DNA of 64,000 nucleotides from Macrostomum hystrix (taxonomy: Eukaryota; Animalia; Platyhelminthes): assembly GCA_950097015.1 (NCBI GenBank), contig CATNEN010000029.1, positions 1,860,001 through 1,924,000 on the forward strand, written 5' to 3'. The notes below the pieces were generated by a model that worked only from the letters and a program-made list of their open reading frames with translations, was not told the origin of the DNA and ran no database searches. The position numbers and the translations under genes are program-made. Of the stretch, positions 11,380 through 23,800 are shown piece by piece; position 1 is the stretch's first letter, and the number at the start of each line of letters is the position of its first letter.

Positions 11380-12365
11380 TTCCTGATTACAATCCTTATT
11401 ATTTGCCAGATTCTATTCCTGGTTCTATGTCTTATTCAATTGCTGATTATATTCCTGATTTTATTCAAGATTTTATTCCTGGTTCCATTCCTTACTCTAT
11501 TAGTTATTCTATTCCTTATTCTATTCCATATTCTATTCCTTATTCTATTCCTTATTCTATTCCATATTCTATTCCTTATTCTATTCCTTATTCTATTCCA
11601 TATTCTATTCCTTATTCTATTCCTTATTCTATTCCATATTCTATTCCTTATTCTATTCCTTATTCTATTCCATATTCTATTCCTTATTCTAATCCTTATT
11701 CTATTCCATATTCTATTCCTTATTCTATTCCTTATTCTATTCCATATTCTATTCCTTATTCTATTCCTTATTATATTCCTTAATTCATTCCTGATTATAT
11801 TCCTTAATCGATTCATGATTCGATTCCTTATTCTATTCCTGATTATATTCCATATTCTATTCCTTATTCTATTCCTTATTCTATTCCTTATTCTATTCCT
11901 GATTATATTCCATTTTCTATTCCTTATTCGATTCCTTATTCTATTTCTTATTCTATTCCATATTCTATTCCTTATTCTATTCCTGATTATATTCCATATT
12001 CTATTCCTTATTCTATTCCTGATTATATTCCATATTCTATTCCTTATTCTATTCCTTATTATAATCCTTATTCTATTCCTTATTCTATTCCATATTCTAT
12101 TCCTTATTCTATTCCCTATTCTATTCCATATTCTATTCCATATTCTATTCCTTATTCTATTCCTTATTCTATTCCTTAATTCATTCCTGATTATATTCCT
12201 TAATCTATTCATGATTCGATTCCTTATTATATTCCTGATTATATTCCATATTCTATTCCTGATTATATTCCATATTCTATTCCTGATTATATTCCATATT
12301 CTATTCCTGATTATATTCCATATTCTATTCCTAATTCTATTCCTTATTCTGTTCCTGGTTCTATC
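11380..12365. repeat. 12-bp minisatellite TTATTCTATTCC
   Basis: Direct reading. Confidence 0.95.
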
Positions 12366-12904
12366 GTACCCTAATTATATTCCCAGTATGCCATTCCCAA
12401 GCCACAACACTTCAACCAGGGCCCAATGAGTCAAAGTAATGTCTAAATTCCTTGAAAGCGATAGCAATTCCCAATTGGGAAATTTAGGGCGAGCGACTAA
12501 AATTTCTTCTCCTCTCCCCCCAAACCAGCTGGGAAAATGAGGATAAATCATGAATTTAAATGTGGGCAACGCAGAATTCGTCTGTGCCGCCTCCACAAAA
12601 AGGTGAAAAATACGAGAACGCAAAAGTAGAAAATAAGCTCTAGCCCCACGCGAATCCGCCCCAATTTTAATCCCGTCGGGAAATTCGAGGAGGAAAAATC
12701 CCAGCTTGTCTCGAAAATGCAAGGAATAAATAAATAAATAATGCACATTCGCGAGGTTCAGGGGGTTTGAGGAGCAGAGATGGCTGCGATGCGGGCCCAA
12801 CAGTGCAAACCGAATCATAGATTTTCTTCGAATACGAGCGTACTACTCCGCATTTGGTTGAAGATTTTAACTGAACGATTAATTTCATTAGAAAAAAAAT
12901 TATT

Positions 12905-13315
12905 TTCGATTCCGCTCCCATTCCGCTCCCATTCCGCTCCTATTCCGCTCCCATTCCGCTCCCATTCCGCTCCCATTCCGCTCCCATTCCGCTCCTATTC
13001 CGCTCCCATTCCGCTTTAATTCCGCTTTAACTCCGCTCTCATTCCGCCTTGATTTCGCTCCCAATCCGCTCCCATTCCGCTCCTATTCCGCTCCCATTCC
13101 GCTCCCATTCCGCTCCCGTTTCGCTCCCATTCCGCTCCCATTCCGCTCCCATTCCGCTCCTATTCCGCTCCCATTCCGCTCCCGTTTCGCTCCCATTCCG
13201 CTCCCATTCCGCTCCCATTCCGCTCCTATTCCGCTCCCGTTCCGCTCCCGTTCCGCTCCCATTCCGCTCCCATTCCGCTCCTTTTCCGCTCCCAATTCGC
13301 CTTAATTCCATCCGA
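12905..13315. repeat. 11-bp minisatellite CCGCTCCCATT
   Basis: Direct reading; related to the 8020-9095 array. Confidence 0.95.
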
Positions 13316-14099
13316 TTCCTTTCCTACTGCTAATTTAGAGCCACACAGCAGAAAGCCTTACGGCTGCAGCACTCGGAAACGATAGTTGGACTGTTGTTCT
13401 GGTTGCATTTAATTTATTAAGCCGCATTGTTCCCAGTATTTATGGCTTTGTGCAGTGACCGGCAGTCTCATAAATCAGTAGACTATATATCAGGATTCTT
13501 TGGGATACCTAATGAAAGTGGGAGGCTCATGTAAAATAGCCTTAAACGTTTAAGGCTTGTAGTTCGAAAATGAGACAGTCAGTAGAAAATAATTCCTACT
13601 TACCCATTAGCCCCTCGAGCCTCTAGTAAGCCCAGCTTTAAAACAGTTCGTGTTCTACCAGCCGCGCGACCTCTATATCCTCTATATCCCCCCTCTCTCT
13701 CTCCCTATCAGTTGCATCTGTTGTATATCACCCTCTCTTTCTAATCCCTAACCCAGATCAGGATTTGGGGTGGACGCAGAAGTTGCAGATTCAGTAAATT
13801 GTATTATGACCACCGCAACTACTTTCTGGACGAACACTGGAAATTCAGCCAGCAGACTTCTCTATTCTATTCTAGATAGTATACGCTCGTTAAATGCAAA
13901 GAAGCTATATGATCAATGAATCTAGTTGCACTTTAATAGTTCACTCCGAAAAATTCGACACTGCTCCGAATTTCTGATGCCGCGGATATCAGAGTCCGGA
14001 TATGCAAACAACGACAGCGACCATTGCACCTTGCATATGGCCGGATTCCTTTTACTGGGACACCTACTTTGGCTTAGATTCTAGCCCCCATCTTCATTC

Positions 14100-15190
14100 C
14101 CTCTCTCTACCCCTCTTTCTCCCGTTTTTTCTGTCTCTCATTTTCTCACTCTCTCTCTCCCTCACTCTCTCCCTCACACTCTCCCTCACTCTCTCTCACT
14201 CTCTTCCTTACTCTCCTGACTCTCTCTCTCACTCTCTCCCTCACTCTCCCTCACTCTCCCTCACTCTACCTCACTCTCCTGACTCTCTCTCTCTCACTCT
14301 CCTGACTCTCTCTCTCTCACTCTCCTGACTCTCTCTCTCTCACTCTCCCTCACTCTACCTCACTCTCCTGACTCTCTCTCTCTCACTCTCCCTCACTCTC
14401 CCTCACTCTACCTCACTCTGCCTCACTCCCTCACTCACTCCATCACTCTCTCCCTCACTCTCTCCCTCACTCCCTCACTTACTCCATCACTCTCTCTCAC
14501 TCTCTCCCTCACTCTCCCTCACTCTCCCTCACTCTCCTGACTCTCTAACTCACTCTCCCTCACTCTCCCTCACTCTGTCCCTCACTCTCTCACTCCCTCA
14601 CTCACTCCATCACTCTCTCCCTCACTCTCTCCCTCCCTCTGTTGACTCTCTCCCTCACTCTCCCTCACTCCCTCACTTACTCCATCACTCTCTCTCACTC
14701 TCTCCCTCACTCTCTCCCTTACTCTCCTGACTCTCTCTCACTCTCTCCCTCACTCTCCCTCACTCTCCTGACTCTCTAACTCACTCTCCCTCACTCTCCT
14801 GACTCTCTAACTCACTCTCCCTCACTCTCCCTCACTCCCTCACTCTCCCTCACTCTCTCCCTCATTCTCTCCCTTACTCTCCTGACTCTCTCTCTCACTC
14901 TCCCTCACTCTCCTGACTCTCTACCTCACTCTCCCTCACTCTCCCTCACTCTCCCTCACTCTCCCTCACTCTCACTCACTCTCCCTCACTCTCCCTCACT
15001 CTCCCTCACTCTCCCTCACTCTCACTCACTCTCCCTCACTCTCCCTCACTCTCCTGACTCTCTAACTCACTCTCCCTCACTCTCACTCACTCTCACTCAC
15101 TCTCCCTCACTCTCCCTCACTCTCTCCCTCACTCTCACTCACTCTCCCTCACTCTCCCTCACTCTCCCTCACTCTCCCCCACTCTCCCCC
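14100..15190. repeat. Pyrimidine-rich ~10-bp satellite (CTCACTCTCC)n
   Basis: Direct reading. Confidence 0.95.
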
Positions 15191-15193
15191 TCT

Positions 15194-15500
15194 TGTTACA
15201 GAAGCTACAGAAGCTACATACTTCCTGCGTAGAGCGGATGCAAGCAAAGAGAACTGAATCCAGTCGTCCTCCTCACCCAGGTAGCCGCAGTTGTGCTGGA
15301 TCATATCTTGGCTGTCTCGGGATAATTGCTGCTCAGCACTTTAATAATCATTTCGTGTACTCGTGGCAAAAGCAGACAATATTATATTTATTTCTCTGGA
15401 GCTCCAGCCACTTGGTAATCTGTAACTACTATACTCGACTGACTATACTCGGACTGCAAGCAGTTCAAGTTGCTGATCTGCCTGGCTAAGTAATGCAACA
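15194..15500. mobile_element. Possible solo LTR
   Basis: TGTTAC...GCAACA termini, AATAAA on the minus strand; TSD only 3/4 (CTCT/GTCT). Confidence 0.25.
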
Positions 15501-16074
15501 GTCTGTGTCTGTGTGTTTGTCTGCCTACAGTTAGCTGTGCCGCCAACCACACTGCTAAATCTGCTTGCTTGCTTTCTGGGCAGAAAAAGGTATAAAAAAA
15601 ACCTTTTTATTTATATCTAGCCGAGTAGACATTCCTTCTCGCCCCCCTCTAATCTACCCACACCGCCGCCGGGACCAACCCACCCAAATACCCAAATACC
15701 CAATCCCCGCGCAAACCCACCGTCATCCGTCAGCCAGCCGCGAGGGCGTTTAGGGATCCTACGATCCTATGGCGTTTCTACCCTCTCTTCCATTCTTCAT
15801 TGCCTTACCAACGTCCGCGCAGACTTTGGCTGCTGCTGCACTGCTGGGCTACAACTCCCAGCGAATGGTAGGGACAGGACATTCTGCTGCTGGAGTGGAG
15901 CCTAACCCTTTCATGCAGTCTGGTCGCTTCATACACCAATTACCGATCACAAATGTGATTTTTACTGTTTTAGCCGTTACAGTTCTTACTAATTCACCTG
16001 ATTCTATTTTATATCTTCCGTGATTATTGATTTCTGCGTTTAGTGGACTGGATATTCACTCAATAAGGACTTCA

Positions 16075-16700
16075 CTAAACTGGGATTTTAGTCAATTGCG
16101 ATTCTAGTTAATTGGGATTTTAGTCAATTGGGAGTCTAGTTGATTGGGATTTTAGTCAATTGGGAGTCTAGTTAATTGGGATTTTAGTTGATTGGGATTC
16201 TAGTTAATTTGGATTTTAGTTGATTGGGATCTTAGTTGATTGGGATTTTAGTCAATTGGGATTCTAGTTAATTGGGATTTTAGTTAATTGGGATTCTAGT
16301 TTATTGGGATTTTAGTTAATTGGGATTCTAGTTTATTGTGATTTTAGTTAATTTGGATTCCAATTAATTGGGATTCTAGTTTATTGGGATTTTAGTCAAT
16401 TGGGATTCTAGTTAATTGGGATTTTAGTTGATTGGGATTCTAGTTAATTGGGATTCTAGTTAATTGGGATTTTAGTTAATTGGGATTCTAGTTTATTGGG
16501 ATTTTAGTTAATTGGGATTTTAGTTGATTGGGATTTTAGTTGATTGGGATTTTAGTTGATTGGGATTTTAGTCAATTGGGATTCTAGTTAATTGGGATTT
16601 TCGTTTTTTGGGATCTTAGTTTATCTTTATCGGGATTTTATTTCATTTGGATTTTAGTTTATTAGGATTTTATTTAATTGGGATTTAGTTACGTTAGGAA
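16075..16700. repeat. 16-bp minisatellite AATTGGGATTTTAGTT
   Basis: Direct reading. Confidence 0.93.
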
Positions 16701-17049
16701 ATGGGAAACTCAGGTATGTTTTCCCATTCTTCAAAGAAGCGACTGCATCTAAGAAGGGGCAAAATCATCGCAATAGTAGAAATTACAATGGTAGTGAATT
16801 GGGATTTTAAAGACAAGAAAATAATTGGAGCATTTTTTCAATCGCGTCCTTACGAATCCCAATTTTTACTGTTAAATATGTTGCTTAAAAGCGGCAAAAA
16901 ACTGTGTTGACTGCTTCTGCGCAGCGAAATTTGTGTTCAGAAACTTTATTTTAAATTTGGATTAAGTTTCATGCTTGCTTTGGGATTATATATACGGATA
17001 AATATGGGATTAGATCGTTATGGATGGAATAACTACATATATTATATTA

Positions 17050-18155
17050 GAATGTTATGGATGGGATAAGTACAAACTGGATTAGATTGTTATGGATAGG
17101 ATAAGTACAAACTGGATTAGATTGTTACGGATGGGATAAGTACAAACTGGATTAGATTTTTACGGATGGGATAAGTACAAACTGGATTAGATTGTTACGG
17201 GTGGGATAAGTACAAACTGGATTAGATTGTTACGGATGGGATAAGTACAAACTGGATTAGATTGTTACGGATGGGATAAGTACAAACTGGATTAGATTTT
17301 TACGGATGGGATAAGTACAAACTGGATTAGATTGTTATGGATAGGATAAGTACAAACTGGATTAGATTGTTACGGATGGGATAAGTACAAACTGGATTAG
17401 ATTTTTACGGATGGGATAAGTACAAACTGGATTAGATTGTTATCGATGGGATAAGTACAAACTGGATTAGATTGTTATCGATGGGATAAGTACAAACTGG
17501 ATTAGATTGTTATCGATGGGATAAGTACAAACTGGATTAGATTGTTACGGGTGGGATAAGTACAAACTGGATTAGATTGTTATCGATGGGATAAGTACAA
17601 ACTGGATTAGATTGTTACGGGTGGGATAAGTACAAACTGGATTAGATTGTTACGGGTGGGATAAGTACAAACTGGATTAGATTTTTATCGATGGGATAAG
17701 TACAAACTGGATTAGATTGTTACGGGTGGGATAAGTACAAACTGGATTAGATTGTTATCGATGGGATAAGTACAAACTTGATTAGATTGTTATCGATGGG
17801 ATAAGTACAAACTGGATTAGATTGTTACGGGTGGGATAAGTACAAACTGGATTAGATTGTTATCGATGGGATAAGTACAAACTGGATTAGATTGTTACGG
17901 GTGGGATAAGTACAAACTGGATTAGATTGTTACGGGTGGGATAAGTACAAACTGGATTAGATTGTTACGGGTGGGATAAGTACAAACTGGATTAGATTGT
18001 TACGGGTGGGATAAGTACAAACTGGATTAGATTGTTATCGATGGGATAAGTACAAACTGGATTAGATTGTTACGGGTGGGATAAGTACAAACTGGATTAG
18101 ATTGTTACGGGTGGGATAAGTACAAACTGGATTAGATTGTTATGGGTGGGATAAA
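17050..18155. repeat. 35-bp minisatellite TACGGGTGGGATAAGTACAAACTGGATTAGATTGT
   Basis: Direct reading. Confidence 0.95.
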
Positions 18156-18677
18156 TAGAGATCGAATAAGATTATCTTGGATTAGATGGATAGAGAAGGG
18201 GGGTTGCACTGTTGAGGGATATGTGACAGTTGTAGCTAAAAGTACAAAGCTGAATGGTAGGCCCCAATGTTAATAAGAGGCCAACCTGGAGTCAAAGATC
18301 GATTTGCACAGAGACCCATGCATAAGATTGATCTGATTAATCTAAGACAGGGGGGCAAATATTTGTACAGTTCCCAGTAGAGCGATCTACATGGTCTCAG
18401 TATCGTTTCGAATCAGCAGTTCATGTTAATGTTCACGCTTTTATTAATTCACAAAATCATTTAAAATTCGCACTAGAGTTACGGACCAGGTGTTTCTTAA
18501 ATTTAATACCGGAAGCGCGTGTCTTTGATCTTGTTTGGAACCGGCAAACTTAATGATGAGTATTTTTTAAGTTTCCTTACTATCTACTATTCAGTAGTAT
18601 GCTTTATTTTTTTCCGCAATTCACCTGTGTTAGCTGCATTTTCTAACTATAACAAAAACGCTGTTTGGTCAACTCAC

Positions 18678-18756
18678 TCTCTGGCGACTTCAGCGGGTAG
18701 CCGAACTCATCGTCTTCGTCGCTATTGAATTCCGCCGACCGGTGGGCAACGCCTTC
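18678..18756 (-). CDS. MPDZ: Exon: EGVAHRSAEFNSDEDDEFGYPLKSPE (conserved DEFGY motif preceding PDZ8)
   Basis: aaacag|GAA, A|gtgagt; phase 0-1; the DEFGY motif is shared with vertebrate MPDZ just before PDZ8. Confidence 0.9.
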
Positions 18757-18904
18757 CTGTTTGCGGGATGGACAGGTTTGCTGACCAAGTTTAGTTTGAG
18801 ATTAGTGTTAAGATTGTATTGGAAAACATTGTATTATTTTAAAGAACTCTTTATTCCCATATAATAGTTATCTAACCCTTTGAAAACCAAAACAACTACC
18901 CAGT

Positions 18905-21900
18905 GGAAAAATACAATCTACCTTGAAAACTACCAAATAGAGAGAGAACAATCTACCTTGAAAACTACCAAACGGAGAGAGAACAATCTACCTTGAAAAC
19001 TACCAAACGGAGAGAGAACAATCTACCTTGAAAACTACCAAATAGAGAGAGAACAATCTACCTAGAAAACCACCAAATAGAGAGAGAACAATCTACCTTG
19101 AAAACTACCAAACGGAGAGAGAACAATCTACCTTGAAAACTACCAAACGGAGTGAGAACAATCTACCTTGAAAACTACCAAATAGAGAGAACAATCTACC
19201 ATGAAAACTACTAATTAGAGAGAGAGCAATCTACCTTGAAAACTACGAAAAAAGAGAGAACAATCTACCTTGAAAACTACTAAAAAAGAGAGAACAATCT
19301 ACCTTGAAAACTACTAAAATAGAGAGAACAATCTACCTTGAAAACTACTAATTAGAGAGAGAACAATCTACCTTGAAAACTACTAAAATAGAGAGAACAA
19401 TCTACCTTGAAAACTACTAAAATAGAGAGAACAATCTACCTTGAAAACTACTAAACGGAGAGAGAACAATCTACCTTGAAAACTACCAAACGGAGAGAGA
19501 ACAATCTACCTTGAAAACTACTAAAAAAGAGAGAACAATCTACCTTGAAAACTACTAATTAGAGAGAGAACAATCTACCTTGAAAACTACTAAAATAGAG
19601 AGAACAATCTACCTTGAAAACTACTAAAATAGAGAGAACAATCTACCTTGAAAACTACTAAACGGAGAGAGAACAATCTACCTTGAAAACTACCAAACGG
19701 AGTGAGAACAATCTACCTTGAAAACTACCAAATAGAGAGAGAACAATCTACCATGAAAACTACCAAACGGAGTGAGAACAATCTACCTTGAAAACTACTC
19801 AAATAGAGAGAACAATCTACCTTGAAAACTACTAATTAGAGAGAGAGCAATCTACCTTGAAAACTACTAAAATAGAGAGAACAATCTACCTTGAAAACTA
19901 CTAATTAGAGAGAGAACAATCTACCTTGAAAACTACTAAAATAGAGAGAACAATCTACCTTGAAAACTACTAAACGGAGAGAGAACAATCTACCTTGAAA
20001 ACTACCAAACGGAGAGAGAACAATCTACCTTGAAAACTACCAAACGGAGTGAGAACAATCTACCTTGAAAACTACCAAATAGAGAGAGAACAATCTACCA
20101 TGAAAACTACCAAACGGAGTGAGAACAATCTACCTTGAAAACTACTCAAATAGAGAGAACAATCTACCTTGAAAACTACTAATTAGAGAGAGAGCAATCT
20201 ACCTTGAAAACTACTAAAATAGAGAGAACAATCTACCTTGAAAACTACTAATTAGAGAGAGAACAATCTACCTTGAAAACTACTAAAATAGAGAGAACAA
20301 TCTACCTTGAAAACTACTAAACGGAGAGAGAACAATCTACCTTGAAAACTACCAAACGGAGAGAGAACAATCTACCTTGAAAACTACCAAACGGAGTGAG
20401 AACAATCTACCTTGAAAACTACCAAATAGAGAGAGAACAATCTACCTTGAAAACTACCAAACGGAGTGAGAACAATCTACCTTGAAAACTACAAAATAGA
20501 GAGAGAACAATCTACCTTGAAAACTACCAAACGGAGTGAGAACAATCTACCTTGAAAACTACCAAATAGAGAGAGAACAATCTACCTTGAAAACTACCAA
20601 ACTGAGTGAGAACAATCTACCTTGAAAACTACCAAATTGAGAGAGAACAATCTACCTTGAAAACTACCAAATAGAGAGAGAACAATCTACCTTGAAAACT
20701 ACCAAACGGAGAGAGAACAATCTACCTTGAAAACTACCAAACGGAGTGAGAACAATCTACCTTGAAAACTACCAAATAGAGAGAACAATCTACCATGAAA
20801 ACTACTAATTAGAGAGAGAGCAATCTACCTTGAAAACTACTAAAAAAGAGAGAACAATCTACCTTGAAAACTACTAAAATAGAGAGAACAATCTACCTTG
20901 AAAACTACCAAACGGAGAGAGAACAATCTACCTTGAAAACTACTAAAAAAGAGAGAACAATCTACCTTGAAAACTACTAATTAGAGAGAGAACAATCTAC
21001 CTTGAAAACTACTAAAATAGAGAGAACAATCTACCTTGAAAACTACTAAAATAGAGAGAACAATCTACCTTGAAAACTACCAAACGGAGTGAGAACAATC
21101 TACCTTGAAAACTACCAAATAGAGAGAGAACAATCTACCATGAAAACTACCAAACGGAGTGAGAACAATCTACCTTGAAAACTACTCAAATAGAGAGAAC
21201 AATCTACCTTGAAAACTACTAATTTGGAGAGAGAACAATCTACCTTGAAAACTACTATAATAGAGAGAACAATCTACCTAGAAAACTACTAATTAGAGAG
21301 AGAACAATCTACCTTGAAAACTACTAAAATAGAGAGAACAATCTACCTTGAAAACTACTAAACGGAGAGAGAACAATCTACCTTGAAAACTACTAAACGG
21401 AGTGAGAACAATCTACCTTGAAAACTACCAAACGGAGAGAGAACAATCTACCTTGAAAACTACCAAACGGAGTGAGAACAATCTACCTTGAAAACTACCA
21501 AATAGAGAGAGAACAATCTACCTTGAAAACTACCAAACGGAGTGAGAACAATCTACCTTGAAAACTACAAAATAGAGAGAGAACAATCTACCTTGAAAAC
21601 TACCAAATTGAGAGAGAACAATCTACCTTGAAAACTACCAAACGGAGTGAGAACAATCTACCTTGAAAACTACCAAATAGAGAGAGAACAATCTACCTTG
21701 AAAACTACCAAATAGAGAGAGAACAATCTACCTTGAAAACTCTCTAGGTAATAGAGAGAGAACAATCTACCTTGAAAACTACCAAAAGGAGTGAGAACAA
21801 TCTACCTTGAAAACTACCAAATAGAGAGAGAACAATCTACCTTGAAAACTACCAAATAGAGAGAGAACAATCTACCTTGAAAACTACCAAATAGAGAGAG

Positions 21901-22086
21901 AACAATCTACCTTGAAAACTACCAAACGGAGTGAGAACAATCTACCTTGAAAACTACCAAATAGAGAGAGAACAATCTACCTTGAAAACTACCAAACGGA
22001 GAGAGAACAATCTACCTTGAAAACTACCAAATCGAGAGAGAACAATCTACCTTGAAAACTACCAAAAGGAGTGAGAACAATCTAAC
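18905..22086. repeat. 33-35-bp minisatellite AATCTACCTTGAAAACTACCAAACGGAGAGAGAAC (~3.2 kb)
   Basis: Direct reading; 347-bp block duplication (19751/20098). Confidence 0.97.
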
Positions 22087-22097
22087 TTGCTCCATAC

Positions 22098-22319
22098 CAA
22101 ACTCCTCACTAGTGCGGCAGTGGGATTAGCAATGAGTTGAGCAGTGAGTCTGCTCAATCTCGGAGCCTCGCTGTTAACCGTCTCGTCGCCAGCTGTTGAA
22201 AAGGCGACCCTATCAGTGTCTGGCAGTCCCATTAAAATCCTTCGCAGGCCTCGACAGGGGCAGCAGCAGCGGCGGGGGGCCATAGTTTGTTTTGTTTTCA
22301 AATTACAAAATTTCGAAGT
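22098..22319 (-). CDS. Candidate cassette or alternative first exon (MAPRRCCCPCRGLRRILMG...)
   Basis: ttctgttcag|ACT in phase 0, ATG at 22283 (aaactATGg); phase-0 donors at 22110 (CTA|gtgagg) or 22098 (TTG|gtatgg); GC-rich island. Confidence 0.4.
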
Positions 22320-22764
22320 CTGAACAGAATTCAATGTGGGTGAGAAGATTGCCGCCAGCTTCTCTGTATCCTCTCTGGGCGCACCCACGGAAATGATGAG
22401 ATTTTGGAAAGAGAGAGAGAAGCCAGATTTAAGGAGGCGGGGGAGCAGTTAGAGCCTGGTGAGCAGCTGCATGATTTTGAGCAGGTGAGAACGATAGGCG
22501 ATGCTCTAGGCTCCACCCGTGCCAACCCCCCATCAGTGATTTCCTAGCCCTCCCATTCTGTTTCTTTTAATCTGCATCAGAGCCGCAGCTTTCCTGTTGG
22601 ATAGATGGATAGATTTCAATAGCTAATATAGGCAGGGATAAAAATATACTGCACTTCAGTTTAAAATGTTACATTTCAGGTCAAATGTTCAGCCAGAGAG
22701 CTAATTCTATATTTGTTTAACTGTTCATTAATTAAAAGCACCAACTCTTTATAAAATTTATTAC

Positions 22765-22876
22765 CGTTTTAGAGGATTTCAAACAATTTTCGATTGAGTT
22801 GGTCGGTTCGTCCCATGCTGGCACTTCAGAAATGATATGCTGCTTCTGCTGCTGCTTCTGCTGCTGCTGTTGCTGT

Positions 22877-22937
<61 letters not shown>

Positions 22938-23010
22938 GCTGTTGCTGCTGCTGTTGCTTCTGCTGCTGCTGTTGCTGTTGCTGCTGCTGCTGTTGCTGCT
23001 GCTGCTGTTG

Positions 23011-23104
<94 letters not shown>

Positions 23105-23160
23105 TGCTGATGTAGGCAGTCGGGACTTATTCTTTTCGCCGCATTGTCCATGTCTGTAGG
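22765..23160 (-). CDS. Candidate cassette exon with ~90-codon polyglutamine tract
   Basis: ttttttag|CCT ACA GAC ATG..., ACG|gtaata; phase 0-0; repeat interruptions are CAA (12) or AAG (4) in the Gln frame. Confidence 0.45.
22838..23109. repeat. (CTG)n / (CAG)n trinucleotide tract
   Basis: Direct reading. Confidence 0.97.
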
Positions 23161-23399
23161 CTAAAAAAGCAAGGCAAAAAACTTTTAAACTTTGAAATAG
23201 CCAGAGAGAAACTTAGAGTCTAGAAAATAAATACTATATTTGCCCGTTTCGCCGATGAGACAATGCGTGCTCATTTTTCACCTTGGGAAAGACCACGGCT
23301 TATTTCAATACCCACTACTTAACGACAGCTCCCAAACCGAATGATCGATTTTCGCGAAAGTCCACCATCCGGATCAAATGTTTCCTCCCTCTACGATGA

Positions 23400-23800
23400 A
23401 CTAACTTTCAAAGCCGTGCGACGTCAGCATCGTCGAGTTATTCAGCGATTCTTGTCGAAGACCCTGGTGACAATGGACAACTAACATCGTTCTGAATAAA
23501 GCTCTATGTCTATGGTGATTCCACATTGGTTCAATACTATAATGTAAACATAGCCGACACGGTTACATATTGAAACTTTGTTCGCCCATAATCGCCAAAA
23601 TTTTGCCCATATTGGCGATTTCTGCCACCAGATACCCCAAATAGAATCGTTGAACATCTCGACGACGATACACAATGTTTTGTGACTCTGGAAGTTGCTT
23701 CATCGTATTGAGCGGAAATTTTTACTCCGTGTTCTGAATTTTCATGGCGATCAGTAGAATATACTTTTGGAGATCCTCCAAGCAAGTTCCTCCGAGCCTT
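23400..23800. mobile_element. Unclassified dispersed repeat with ~22-bp internal inverted repeats (copies at 52530-52870 and, inverted, ~31200-31430)
   Basis: Shared GTCAGCATCGTCGAGTTATTCAGCGATTCTTGT.GAAGACCCTGGTGAC and CTGGAAGTTG.TTCATC..ATTGAG.GGAAA blocks. Confidence 0.7.

Noticed and set aside
18905-22086. Regular ~35-bp repeats resembling a CRISPR array (also 17050-18155, 36350-37055)
   Set aside because: Head-to-tail units with no unique spacers, no cas genes, and a eukaryotic intron context.
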